Of a DNA stretch of 32,000 nucleotides, positions 1 through 8,707 are shown in pieces. A program made the translations under genes and the position numbers. The notes beneath the pieces were generated by a model. The model saw only the letters and a list, made by a program, of their open reading frames with translations, had not been told where the DNA came from and searched no databases. The number at the start of each line of letters is the position of its first letter. The stretch's first letter is position 1. Origin of the DNA: Nitrosarchaeum koreense MY1 (GTDB lineage Archaea; Thermoproteota; Nitrososphaeria; Nitrososphaerales; Nitrosopumilaceae); NCBI RefSeq assembly GCF_000220175.1, contig NZ_AFPU01000001.1:655512-687511 (forward strand), in the 5' to 3' direction.

Positions 1-2000
1 AAGAAAGAGGAATTACAATTTACCAAGCAAACGTAACTTTACACTTTACACAAAAAGACAAAGAATTTGTCATTAACATGATCGATACACCTGGACACGT
101 GGATTTCAGTGGAAGGGTAATTCGTAGTCTTAGGGCAATCGATGGCGCAACTGTAGTCTGTGATGCAGTAGAGGGAATCATGACACAGACAGAGACTGTA
201 ACAAGAATGGCACTTGAAGAAAGAGTAAGACCAGTTTTATTTATCAACAAAGTAGACAGATTAATCAAAGAATTACGTTTGACACCAGAAAAAATGCAAG
301 AGACACTTGCAGGTGTAGTATCTAGCTTTAACCAACTTATTGACACTTATGCTGAACCTGAATACAAAGACAAATGGAAAGTATCAATCCAGGATGCCAG
401 TGTCACATTTGGTTCTGCCAAAGACAAATGGGCATTTAACGTAGATATCATGAAAGAGAAAGGCATCACATTCAAAGATGTCATTGATGCTTACAAAAAT
501 GAAAAAGTAGAAGACTTGGTAGCACGAGCTCCCTTAGCTGATGCCGTATTGGGAATGGTAGTAAAGCATGTCCCACCACCACACGTTGCTCAAAAGTACA
601 GAATTCCACAAATTTGGAAAGGTGATCTTGAATCTGATATTGGTAAGGCACTCTTGGCATGCAGTGATGACGGACCCACAATCATGATGGTCGTCAACAT
701 GGTTTTGGATCCTGCAGCAGGTCCTGTTGCAATTGGTAGATTGTTTTCTGGAACAATAAAGGACGGACAAACAGTAAACATCATTGATGCAAAAAGAGAA
801 GGCAGAGTTCAATCTGTAAACTTTTTCATGGGAAACCAAAGAGAACAAGTTGGTGAGCTTGGTGCAGGAAACATTCCGGCATTATTAGGATTAACTGAAG
901 CTAGAGCAGGAAATACAATCTCATCTATCAAAGGAATTCCAATGTTTGAAGGAGTCAAGTATGTGTCAGAACCTGTTGTGCAAGTTGCAATAGAACCAAA
1001 ACATCCAAAGGACTTGCCAAAACTTGTCGAGGTTCTCAAACAACTAACAATTGAAGATCCTAACCTTGTAGTAAAAATCGATGAAGAATCTGGCGAAACA
1101 CTAGTAGCTGGAATGGGTGTGTTACACCTTGATGTTGCAACACATAGAATTCAAGACGCCAAAGTAGAAATCATAACATCAGAGCCACTTATCAATTACA
1201 GAGAAACCGTCAAAGGAACATGTGAACCTATCATGTCAAAATCTCCAAACAGACACAACAAGATTTTCATGAAAGTAGAACCATTGGAGCCAGCAATTGC
1301 ACACATGCTTAGAACTGGTGAAATCAGCGACATGAAAGACAAGAAAGTAGTCGCTGACCTTCTAAAGGGCGCAGGATGGGATACTGATACAATTAAGAGA
1401 ATTATGAAACTAGACCCACGTGGAAATGTAATGATCAACGGAACAAAAGGTGTCCAGTTTATTCAAGAGTCAACTGACTCTATTAACTCTGGATTTGAGG
1501 AAGTAATGAAAGAAGGTCCACTCTGCAAAGAGCAGATGAGGGACTGCAAGTTCATCTTTACTCACTTTGTACCTCACGAGGATACAGCACACCGTGGTCT
1601 TTCACAACTTGGACCGGCATCTAGACGTGCATGTATGGGTGCTTTACTAACTGCAGGAACTACAATCCTAGAACCAATGCTTGCAATTGAGGTAAGGGTT
1701 CCAACTGACTTGGTAGGAAACGTAGCTACAGTTCTTTCTGGTAAACGTGGCAAGGTACTTGACATGCAACAAAAAGGTGCTGCAAGTATTATCGTTGGCG
1801 AAATCCCAGCATCTGAAACATTTACACTTTCTGAGGCAATGAGAGGACAAACAGCAGGACGTGCAACATGGAATACATCCTTTAAGGCATGGACTGAATT
1901 GCCAAAATCTATTGCTGCAACTGCAATTGCAGAAATCAGAAAGAGAAAAGGATTGGCACCAAATCCTCCTGGAATCGAAGAATACATCGATAGAGAATAA
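1..2000 (+). CDS. fusA: Archaeal translation elongation factor 2 (aEF-2), 5'-truncated by window edge
   Basis: Frame 3 is open from nt 3 (ERGITIYQAN...NMIDTPGHVDF), so the Met at 78 in the ORF track is internal. GTPase motifs DTPGH and NKVDR are present, as is the diphthamide-site motif HEDTAHRG. Stop TAA at 1998-2000. Confidence 0.95.
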   Translation, partial: ERGITIYQANVTLHFTQKDKEFVINMIDTPGHVDFSGRVIRSLRAIDGATVVCDAVEGIMTQTETVTRMALEERVRPVLFINKVDRLIKELRLTPEKMQETLAGVVSSFNQLIDTYAEPEYKDKWKVSIQDASVTFGSAKDKWAFNVDIMKEKGITFKDVIDAYKNEKVEDLVARAPLADAVLGMVVKHVPPPHVAQKYRIPQIWKGDLESDIGKALLACSDDGPTIMMVVNMVLDPAAGPVAIGRLFSGTIKDGQTVNIIDAKREGRVQSVNFFMGNQREQVGELGAGNIPALLGLTEARAGNTISSIKGIPMFEGVKYVSEPVVQVAIEPKHPKDLPKLVEVLKQLTIEDPNLVVKIDEESGETLVAGMGVLHLDVATHRIQDAKVEIITSEPLINYRETVKGTCEPIMSKSPNRHNKIFMKVEPLEPAIAHMLRTGEISDMKDKKVVADLLKGAGWDTDTIKRIMKLDPRGNVMINGTKGVQFIQESTDSINSGFEEVMKEGPLCKEQMRDCKFIFTHFVPHEDTAHRGLSQLGPASRRACMGALLTAGTTILEPMLAIEVRVPTDLVGNVATVLSGKRGKVLDMQQKGAASIIVGEIPASETFTLSEAMRGQTAGRATWNTSFKAWTELPKSIAATAIAEIRKRKGLAPNPPGIEEYIDRE

Positions 2001-2109
2001 AAAGGGAATCCCCCCTCCGTACGCACAATTTTGTGATACTAACTATCGTTATGATGAATTATGTTTTGTCGGAGAATTGTTATAACGAAAATTATGTTAC
2101 AAAAATATT

Positions 2110-2931
2110 GTGAAACCTATAATCGTTATTGGAATTTTAATTGTCGGAATAATTGGCGCAGTAGCTGTTTTTGCATCAATTCCACCTAATACTTGGCAAG
2201 ACAATCGAACTACATTTCAAGGAGACACAAAACCAGATGAGAATAAAGAAAGAATTGATTGCATGTCAAGAGGTGGAGAATGGGATGGAAGTTGCAGTAT
2301 TGAGAAAATAACTCCAAAACCCCAAAAAACAGTATTTGGAACTTGTGCTGGAACTTTGCCCTGTATGGTATTGACCGTCTCTGAAATTATTGATGGAGAT
2401 ACAATCTATGCTGATCATCACAAAATCAGATTATCACTAACTAACACTCCTGAGAAAGGAGAACTGGGATTCCAAGAGGCGACATTATTTACTGCAATGC
2501 ATTGTCCTGTGGGAAGTACCATTCTAGTTGACCAAGATGACTTGCAACCAGTGGACATCTATGGTAGAATACTTGGCAAGGTGTACTGTGAAGATGGAGT
2601 GATAAATGAAATGCTGTTATCTAATGGTTATGCCAATATCTTGACTCAATACTGCGATACCAGTGAATTTAGTGGGGAATATTGGGCTCAGAATTATGGG
2701 TGTAAGCAATTACCAAAATCTACACAAATTCCTAAAGCAATTCCAGAAACACCAGTGACACCATCACCCTCACTGAAAAATGATTGTGACCCTTCATATC
2801 CTGATTTTTGTATCCCTTACAGTCCGCCAGACTTGGATTGTAAAGACATTCCACAAAAAAGATTTACTGTTTTGCCTCCAGATCCACATCGATTTGATGT
2901 TGATAATGATGGGATTGGATGCGAGTCTTGA
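2110..2931 (+). CDS. Secreted/membrane-anchored staphylococcal-nuclease (SNase/thermonuclease)-like protein with C-terminal Excalibur-like Ca-binding motif
   Basis: GTG start and N-terminal hydrophobic anchor (KPIIVIGILIVGIIGAVAVFA). SNase core pattern IIDGDTIY...KIRLSLTNTPEKGE...DIYGRILGKVY...INEMLLSNGYA. C-terminus DCKD...PPDPHRFDVDNDGIGCES resembles the Excalibur DxDxDGxxCE motif. Confidence 0.75.
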   Translation: MKPIIVIGILIVGIIGAVAVFASIPPNTWQDNRTTFQGDTKPDENKERIDCMSRGGEWDGSCSIEKITPKPQKTVFGTCAGTLPCMVLTVSEIIDGDTIYADHHKIRLSLTNTPEKGELGFQEATLFTAMHCPVGSTILVDQDDLQPVDIYGRILGKVYCEDGVINEMLLSNGYANILTQYCDTSEFSGEYWAQNYGCKQLPKSTQIPKAIPETPVTPSPSLKNDCDPSYPDFCIPYSPPDLDCKDIPQKRFTVLPPDPHRFDVDNDGIGCES

Positions 2932-3029
2932 CATTTGATTTTTCATGACTCTCAAAGGTCAAAAAAACCACTACAACATAAAATTCCTAAAAGGTTACGG
3001 TCACTCCATTTCTGTTAAAGATTCAAAAA

Positions 3030-3308
3030 TTAATCATTCAAATTGGAGATGACTCTTTCAAGATCTTGTTTTTCATATCTCAGACTCTTTGCAGTTGTGC
3101 CTTCTTGTAGAGTCAGTGAGAATTTCTGCAACATTGATTTATTTTCTTTAGAGATTTTAGATGTCAAAATAACTTCATTTAGAGTTTTAGACTGTTGAGA
3201 TAATATGGTGATATCTATCTTGTCTGTGTTTTTTGCTAAAGAAATTTTACTAGTCAGTTCATTCTTAATTTTATCTAAAATTTTAGTTAAGGAAAGATCA
3301 GATTCCAT
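3030..3308 (-). CDS. Hypothetical small helical/coiled-coil protein (92 aa)
   Basis: Complete ATG ORF. K/E/L/S-rich heptad-like sequence with no recognisable motif. Confidence 0.4.
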   Translation of the reverse strand: MESDLSLTKILDKIKNELTSKISLAKNTDKIDITILSQQSKTLNEVILTSKISKENKSMLQKFSLTLQEGTTAKSLRYEKQDLERVISNLND

Positions 3309-3527
3309 ACAATACTAGTTGTTTACTAGTTAATTAATCTAAGACATTCGGAAATTCAAGAAATGTCAGAATAGAAAGATGAACTTTTTTCATGAATTCT
3401 TCATTGTTGTTCTGTGAATCATGCAATCTGAATTAATCTAGTTTTTATCATTCTAAAAATAATTATAACATTATTTGATTCTAATTGAATTTTAGTTGAG
3501 ATTATAATTTACCCAAAAAGGGAAAGA

Positions 3528-3635
3528 TTATTTTTCTGTTTTAACCGGTTCTTCTTTTTTAACTTCTTTTTTTGGATCATTGCCTACAGTTATTGTGGCA
3601 GATGTATCGGTCTTGATTTTTTCTTGATTTTCCAT
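3528..3635 (-). CDS. Possible micro-ORF (35 aa, MENQEKIKTDTSATITVGNDPKKEVKKEEPVKTEK)
   Basis: ATG..TAA ORF below the track threshold. An AT-rich TATA-like stretch (ATATATAT) lies about 26-33 nt upstream on the same strand. It sits downstream of repeat-core copy A. Confidence 0.25.
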   Translation of the reverse strand: MENQEKIKTDTSATITVGNDPKKEVKKEEPVKTEK

Positions 3636-3789
3636 GTCTATATAGATATCACACCTAATATATATTCAGTTATAAAATTTATAGAAAAATTAAAAATATA
3701 TAGATATTTAGGCATAAAATAAAAAAATAAACTTTAACGTGAATAAAATAGAATAATAGGTTATTGAATGATAATGCTAATTTACGAAC

Positions 3790-3807
3790 GAAAAGAGTTT
3801 AGAATCT
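3790..3807 (-). repeat. Repeat core copy A (AGATTCTAAACTCTTTTC read on minus strand)
   Basis: Exact 20-nt identity with 4059-4078 (ACGAAAAGAGTTTAGAATCT on plus). Lies 30 nt after the stop of ORF 3838-4029. Confidence 0.85.
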
Positions 3808-3837
3808 AATCTTTTTTCTCTTTATCATTTTCTGTCT

Positions 3838-4029
3838 TCATTTTTCTGTTGCTTTCATTATCTGTCCACGTTTATACTCGTTGTAATACCCAATACACGC
3901 ATTAAGCTCTTTTAAGAAATCCTTATCTTCAAAATCTCCCTTTTCCAAATCTACCCAATACGTAAGAATATCCTGTTTCAATAATGCCAGCGTTTTTTCT
4001 TGCATGATTGTTGTTAGTTTACCTAGCAT
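3838..4029 (-). CDS. Hypothetical protein (63 aa) flanked by repeat-core copies A and B
   Basis: ATG ORF (MLGKLTTIMQEK...). Core copy B ends 31 nt upstream of the ATG. A degraded, frame-shifted copy of its 5' end occurs at about 20004-20045. Confidence 0.5.
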   Translation of the reverse strand: MLGKLTTIMQEKTLALLKQDILTYWVDLEKGDFEDKDFLKELNACIGYYNEYKRGQIMKATEK

Positions 4030-4060
4030 ACATACTTAAGGATAAAATGATTTTAGTCAC

Positions 4061-4190
4061 GAAAAGAGTTTAGAATCTGATTTCAATCCCTGTTCTCTAA
4101 TTGTACCCATTCTTGTTCAGGATTCTCTAATTGGTTCCATTTGCCTTGAATTATTTTTATTATGCTTTTTTTATTTTTTATAAACTCTAT
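4061..4190 (-). repeat. Left arm of inverted duplication (includes repeat core copy B at 4061-4078 and a start-less peptide-coding relic)
   Basis: The minus strand of 4061-4155 aligns with the plus strand of 19874-19970 at roughly 85% identity by eye (95 vs 97 nt, one 2-nt indel). Weaker similarity continues about 35 nt further. Confidence 0.85.
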
Positions 4191-4301
4191 ACATTTTTAG
4201 AAAATCTTGATAATCATGGGAACAATGGAGTGCGTTTCTGAAGAATTAAAATTCTAAATGCTAAGAAAATTTATCTAAAAGAATCCCATATAATACTAGG
4301 T

Positions 4302-4505
4302 ATGAAAGAGGCAGATGTAAAGGAAGCACTGGAGATGCTTGCAACTTGGGCTGACGTCACAAGGACAAAAATTGCCGAGCTTCAAGAAGCACTAAGAAAT
4401 ATCACATCACTTGTTGAGATGCGACGATACGAATCGCTACTAAATAATGAATTAAACGACATCAAAAACATCGAGCGTCTTATCCAATTAATTCAGTCTG
4501 ACTAG
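4302..4505 (+). CDS. Small helical protein (67 aa), paralog of 15603-15809
   Basis: 13 of the first 33 residues are identical to the 15603 product (M.E..V..AL.ML...AD..R....EL.....N), and the C-terminal tail is similar (IERLIQLIQSD vs IEEIIRKLESDE). Confidence 0.6.
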   Translation: MKEADVKEALEMLATWADVTRTKIAELQEALRNITSLVEMRRYESLLNNELNDIKNIERLIQLIQSD

Positions 4506-4542
4506 CCAAACCCTTAAGTTTGTTCCATTATTCCATGTCCTA

Positions 4543-4752
4543 TTGAGTGAACCACAACGAAGATCAAAGGTATGGTATGTCTTGCCAATTATTTTTGGAA
4601 TTATTGGAGGTCTAGTTTCATACTTTATTGTAAAGAAAGAAGATCCAAAATTAGGAAAAAACTGTCTCATTGTTGGCGTTATTCATTTTATCATCGATGT
4701 CACTATTGGAATTATCATGATGATGTTTTCTGAATCTGTTCATTTAATGTAA
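4543..4752 (+). CDS. Small membrane protein (69 aa, 2 TM)
   Basis: TTG start. Two hydrophobic helices (WYVLPIIFGIIGGLVSYFIV and LIVGVIHFIIDVTIGIIMMMF) separated by KKEDPKLGKN. Confidence 0.45.
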   Translation: MSEPQRRSKVWYVLPIIFGIIGGLVSYFIVKKEDPKLGKNCLIVGVIHFIIDVTIGIIMMMFSESVHLM

Positions 4753-4804
4753 TTTTTAACAATTGCAAAATCTTTAAGTCCAGAATTTTCCAAAAATTAG
4801 TAAA

Positions 4805-5035
4805 TTGGATTTTGAAAATGATTTAGAGGCATTGCAGACTGCTATTTCTGAGACAGAGCAAAGAATCAAAAATCTTGAGAAACATAAGGAATCTGTAACC
4901 AAAGAACTTGAAGAGTCTAACTCTGATGCCTTGGCTGAAACTCTAAGAAGACTAGAACGTAACTTGGATGATCTGCATAAAAAACTGGCATTTTTAATTT
5001 CAGAAAGAGACTCTAAAAACAAAGACATGATTTAG
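4805..5035 (+). CDS. Small coiled-coil protein (76 aa)
   Basis: TTG start and E/K/L-rich heptad-like sequence. The overlapping antisense ORF 4774-5028 is Ser/Leu-rich and less protein-like. Confidence 0.4.
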   Translation: MDFENDLEALQTAISETEQRIKNLEKHKESVTKELEESNSDALAETLRRLERNLDDLHKKLAFLISERDSKNKDMI

Positions 5036-5081
5036 TTTGTATTTTCGTAACGTTTATGAAAATATGAAAACCTAAAACAAC

Positions 5082-5465
5082 ATGTCAAACATTGATCTGA
5101 TAAAAAAATTCTATGACGCTTTTAAAAATAAAGACACTGAAAAATATCCTCTATTTTGCGATGAAAAAATAGAGTGGATAACAATGGATGGAATGCCAAA
5201 CGGTGGAAGGTATGTCGGACTAGAAGCAATTTTTGGAGATTATTTTCCTGGCATGCTGAAAAATTTTTCAGAATTTCATGCAGTTACTGAACAGTTTTTG
5301 GATGCAGCTGATAACGTTATAGTCATTGGAAGATACCAAGGTATCTCAAAAAAAGGCAACAAGTTTGATATTCCCTTTTCACACGTTTACCAAATAAAAG
5401 ACAACAAAATCATGCAATTCAGACAATTCACTGACACAAAGAAGATTCACGATTCTCTTGTTTGA
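5082..5465 (+). CDS. SnoaL-like / NTF2-fold (ketosteroid-isomerase-like) protein
   Basis: 127 aa. N-terminal IDLIKKFYDAFKNKD pattern and C-terminal ...HVYQIKDNKIMQFRQFTD, both typical of SnoaL_2/NTF2-like domains. Confidence 0.6.
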   Translation: MSNIDLIKKFYDAFKNKDTEKYPLFCDEKIEWITMDGMPNGGRYVGLEAIFGDYFPGMLKNFSEFHAVTEQFLDAADNVIVIGRYQGISKKGNKFDIPFSHVYQIKDNKIMQFRQFTDTKKIHDSLV

Positions 5466-5548
5466 TTATTGGCAAAGCAATCTCTGTGATGAATAATTGA
5501 TTCGTAGATAATGATAAATATATGACCTGTATATACTAGGTCGACCTA

Positions 5549-6136
5549 GTGATGATAACCCATATTGAGCCTACCTCGGAATTATACGAGCGTGAAAGAA
5601 TAATTTTTGCATGCATAAAAAACAACCCTGAGATGCACCATAATGCTCTGCTAAAGAAGATTGTGCCAGAGTATATGGCAAAAACAACCTTTGAGAAGAC
5701 CAGGGATTCGCTACTTGACAAAGAGATTATCTTTGTAGAAAAAAAGGCAAACATGAAATTTTATGTTCCGACATCAAACTATTCTACAAAATTTCAGCAG
5801 CATGTTGAAAGAATTACAAACACGGCATTTCACAATCTTAAAAACTACATAAAAAAGCTAGACGAAGACTACCGCCACAAAGACGTAAACGAAAAGATCA
5901 AAATCACAAATTCTGTACTGAAAAACCTGCTACAAACTGACAACGGATTCACACTTTTGGATTCAAACAAAAATCCAAAAAAAACTTTATACCGTGATGA
6001 GCATCTGGAAATCCAACAATTAATCTATCATGTTTTTGACATAATTCAAAATGATAAAGATCACGATACAATTTTTCCTACAGTAATGAGCTATCTTTAT
6101 TCAAGTATGCCTAAAAGATATCAGGAAGTAGAATAA
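5549..6136 (+). CDS. Putative winged-helix DNA-binding protein with helical C-terminal domain (about 195 aa)
   Basis: The N-terminal ~70 aa (ERERIIFACIKNNPEMHHNALLKKI...TRDSLLDKEIIFVEKKANMKFYV) looks like a wHTH. Architecture is similar to 12583-13143. GTG at 5549 or ATG at 5552. Confidence 0.5.
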   Translation: MMITHIEPTSELYERERIIFACIKNNPEMHHNALLKKIVPEYMAKTTFEKTRDSLLDKEIIFVEKKANMKFYVPTSNYSTKFQQHVERITNTAFHNLKNYIKKLDEDYRHKDVNEKIKITNSVLKNLLQTDNGFTLLDSNKNPKKTLYRDEHLEIQQLIYHVFDIIQNDKDHDTIFPTVMSYLYSSMPKRYQEVE

Positions 6137-6174
6137 CTTGAGACTCGTTTTTATTCTGGAGTGTTTAACCCTCT

Positions 6175-6423
6175 GTGAAAATGGGACTTCTTTACACTAA
6201 ATTCTATATTGATTTTGAACCAACAGAGTGGAAAGAACTATCAAGCAACCCTGTAATTTTTGAAACCATTGCAAACGGCGTTTCTCTGGAGATTTATGAC
6301 ACGTCTCAGAATTCATACAAACTAAAATTCAGAAAAGGCGGAAAAATACAGATATTTCGAGTTGTTGGAAAATTCCGTCTAACTTGGGATGACAACGATC
6401 TCATTTTGGAAAACAAACAATAA
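6175..6423 (+). CDS. Hypothetical protein (82 aa)
   Basis: GTG at 6175 or ATG at 6181. Co-directional with tight spacing in the 4302-6688 cluster. Confidence 0.4.
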   Translation: MKMGLLYTKFYIDFEPTEWKELSSNPVIFETIANGVSLEIYDTSQNSYKLKFRKGGKIQIFRVVGKFRLTWDDNDLILENKQ

Positions 6424-6454
6424 AGTAATAATGGGATTTGTTCTAGTTTGAATA

Positions 6455-6688
6455 ATGTCGCTGCAAGATCAAGCTAAAGAAATTCTAAATGATTTTGATA
6501 ATGTTGCATCTGATAAAATCATAGAAATTCTAAACCAAATTCAACCATACCTTAAAAGCGAAATTACCCAAGATTACCTAAAAGGGAAGATTGATGGTGT
6601 TTTAGGCATGACTGATGAGGCTGAAAAGAAAAAATTCTGCAAGACTCTAAGGCCATATCTTGATTGGTATGTCCAGGGAAATGCCTAG
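6455..6688 (+). CDS. Hypothetical small helical protein (77 aa)
   Basis: ATG ORF, last gene of the co-directional cluster. Its 3' end overlaps the convergent gene by 4 nt. Confidence 0.4.
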   Translation: MSLQDQAKEILNDFDNVASDKIIEILNQIQPYLKSEITQDYLKGKIDGVLGMTDEAEKKKFCKTLRPYLDWYVQGNA

Positions 6689-7110
6689 TCTGAAAATTGA
6701 TTGATTTTATCTAGTGCGTTTTTTACTAGGTCTAGGTCTTTTTTTACAAACGGCAAATCTCCGACCAGTTTTAAAAAATACTCATGTCCTGTATTTTGCG
6801 CCTTGTTGATATCTGATTCATAACATGAGAGCGCCTTTACCAGAAATGATCTGTCCTCACTTAGCGAGTTTAGAGTGATATCGTCTGATAGTGCATCTTT
6901 AATTTTTTTTGTCATCCCATCTATCTTTGGAATTGTCTTCATGGCCTCTTGCTGAAGCAGTGAGCCAAACATTGCTGATGAGTCCTTTAGCTCCGGACTG
7001 CTTCCAAGAGTTTTCAGTCTTTTTTTATAATGATTCAATGATCTTAGAATAATTTCGTATCCTCCCTCATCTTTGAGATAAATTGCACCAAGCCAAATCT
7101 TGTCTGACAA
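6685..7110 (-). CDS. Hypothetical protein (141 aa)
   Basis: Complete ATG ORF with protein-like composition and no recognised motif. Confidence 0.5.
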   Translation of the reverse strand: MSDKIWLGAIYLKDEGGYEIILRSLNHYKKRLKTLGSSPELKDSSAMFGSLLQQEAMKTIPKIDGMTKKIKDALSDDITLNSLSEDRSFLVKALSCYESDINKAQNTGHEYFLKLVGDLPFVKKDLDLVKNALDKINQFSD

Positions 7111-7224
7111 TTTTTAAAGTTAAATCGCAGTCCTATTATAATTTTTGAATTGATTATTTTTGGATGATTGGCACTAGTACGATTTCTTCTTTCTATTAAT
7201 ATATCAGAATCACGTAAATGATTT

Positions 7225-7416
7225 ATGAATATCAAAAATGAATTTGGTATGACCCAATTACTTGCATGCTGTCCTAATTGTAATGGCTCTGCTCTTTACT
7301 GTGGAAAAATACCAACTGCAATAAAAGAAATGGCAAACAAAGAAGTATTATTTTGCAAACAGTGCAAGTTTGTTGTTCCCGTAGAGGAATTCAAAAATAT
7401 ATTGGCTAGCTGTTAA
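7225..7416 (+). CDS. Small zinc-ribbon protein (63 aa)
   Basis: Two Cys pairs, CPNCNGS and CKQCKF, about 30 residues apart. Confidence 0.45.
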   Translation: MNIKNEFGMTQLLACCPNCNGSALYCGKIPTAIKEMANKEVLFCKQCKFVVPVEEFKNILASC

Positions 7417-7439
7417 AACAACTCTAGTTGGAAGTAATT

Positions 7440-7697
7440 CTAATCTTGTAAGTTGGGAGGTTCGTCATAGTCTTCAATGATTGGGGCTGGCTTTCTATTC
7501 ATAAGATATAGTAAGAATCCTGCTATGGATACGCCTATCCCAAGCAATCCGGTAAATGTCCCTGTATGTTTTATTGCAGAAAAGAATTTTTTCTCATCAG
7601 GATCTGTAGATGATATGCCTTGCATTCCATAAAACAATATCAAACCAAACAAAATCATAATTCCGCCTGCGACAATGATTGCAGTCCCACTTTTCAT
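7440..7697 (-). CDS. Small membrane protein (85 aa, 2 TM)
   Basis: Hydrophobic helices AIIVAGGIMILFGLILFYG and FTGLLGIGVSIAGFLLYL. Confidence 0.5.
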   Translation of the reverse strand: MKSGTAIIVAGGIMILFGLILFYGMQGISSTDPDEKKFFSAIKHTGTFTGLLGIGVSIAGFLLYLMNRKPAPIIEDYDEPPNLQD

Positions 7698-7814
7698 TAA
7701 ATTCTAAACCTTATTCCATCTAATAAATATCGACATTTTATTTTAAATTTTTGAAAAAATGTGATTGATTTTATACACCGTAATCCCTTTAACTAAAAAC
7801 AACTTTTGTCTAGT

Positions 7815-8627
7815 ATGAATATCATGCTTTTGATCTTTGTTATGATAATATCTTCTGTATCATTTAGCAGCGCAGCTTTTGCGGCAAGTTATGACATCAA
7901 CATGCCGACTGGCTCTGCAAGTCCTGATGCCCCATTTTTTTGGCAAAATGAAAAATCTGGATTAGCTACTGGCGACATTGATATCTTTGTTGGAGATACT
8001 GTTGTATGGCAAAACGCAGATACTGCAAAACATACTATAACATCTGGAACTGTCGAGGGTGGACCTGATGGCATCTTTGGCGGTTCAAATTTTATCTCAC
8101 CTGGGCAATCATACAAATTTACTTTTACACAAACTGGTCAATTCCCGTACTATTGTCTGATTCATCCTTGGATGACTGGAACAGTATTTGTCACAGATGG
8201 GGCCAAAATCATTAATCAAGTTGGAAAGACAGTAGGCGATGGTTCTACGACATTTAACGTAGAGTATTTTTCTGACAGACTTCTTGCTGTGAGTGCAATT
8301 GATGAGGGCCAAAAATCAATCACGTTTGAGATAGTTGGAAACGCTAAATCCGACGATGAAACACTGAAAATTAAATTGCCTTCTGATCTAATTGATGGTC
8401 CGTTTGTGATTTTTATTGACGGAAAAAAGATCACTAACTTTGAAGATACAGATGAAAGCGACATCTCCACAGTAACCGTTTTGCTGCCAAACGATGCAAA
8501 ACTGCTCACAATAATAGGAACGTCTGTTGTACCTGAATTTGGAGTCATGTCAATTGTGATACTTGCAGTTGCTACCACAGTTATCATGCTTGCAAGCCAA
8601 AAATCTGGATTTAAAATAAAACTCTGA
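7815..8627 (+). CDS. Blue-copper (cupredoxin/plastocyanin-like) protein with PEFG-CTERM sorting signal
   Basis: Signal peptide from ATG 7815 (MNIMLLIFVMIISSVSFSSAAFAAS). Type-1 Cu ligand pattern HTITSG ... YYCLIHPWMTG. C-terminus VVPEFG plus a TM helix plus a basic tail, i.e. the thaumarchaeal PEFG-CTERM architecture. Confidence 0.85.
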   Translation: MNIMLLIFVMIISSVSFSSAAFAASYDINMPTGSASPDAPFFWQNEKSGLATGDIDIFVGDTVVWQNADTAKHTITSGTVEGGPDGIFGGSNFISPGQSYKFTFTQTGQFPYYCLIHPWMTGTVFVTDGAKIINQVGKTVGDGSTTFNVEYFSDRLLAVSAIDEGQKSITFEIVGNAKSDDETLKIKLPSDLIDGPFVIFIDGKKITNFEDTDESDISTVTVLLPNDAKLLTIIGTSVVPEFGVMSIVILAVATTVIMLASQKSGFKIKL

Positions 8628-8707
8628 TCGAAATCATTTTAAATTTATGAACATGTGAAATTTGTTTACCTGTTTTTTTATACTTTAGCAAACTATCTCA
8701 AAAGTGA

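Noticed and set aside
20-2085. Numerous ORFs antisense to or overlapping the EF-2 gene (20-346, 481-681, 534-848, 590-784, 809-1039, 1196-1438, 1574-2026, 1668-1850, 1861-2085).
   Set aside because: They lie within a confidently identified, highly conserved CDS. Their products are low-complexity or Cys/Ser/Leu-rich, as expected for shadow frames.
3795-3810. AGTTTAGAATCT superficially resembles a tRNA T-arm (GGTTCGAATCC), suggesting a tRNA-derived attachment site.
   Set aside because: There is no flanking acceptor or anticodon stem complementarity. No GC-rich tRNA-like ~75-nt segment exists anywhere in the window.
3788-4078. A 20-nt perfect direct repeat flanking the 63-aa ORF could be att sites or target-site duplications of a mini mobile element.
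   Set aside because: No integrase or transposase is present. The same core recurs at three more sites in both orientations, and homology extends well beyond 20 nt at copy B. A repeat family or duplication explains it better.
3765-4085. C/D-box sRNA hypothesis for the repeat (ATGAT.. upstream, CTGA downstream of the core).
   Set aside because: The candidate C boxes (ATGATAA, ATGATTT, ATGAAAA) are non-canonical and differ between copies. Copy A has CTAA instead of the D box CTGA.
4079-4105. GATTTCAATCCCTGTTCTCTAATTG resembles archaeal CRISPR repeat sequences (ATTTCAATCCC... type).
   Set aside because: It is a single occurrence plus one inverted homolog 15.9 kb away. There is no regularly spaced array, no spacers, and no cas genes in the window.
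7889-8587. ORFs 7889-8116, 8109-8312 and 8216-8587 antisense to the cupredoxin gene.
   Set aside because: The sense strand carries a clear copper-site and sorting-signal protein, and the antisense products have no features.
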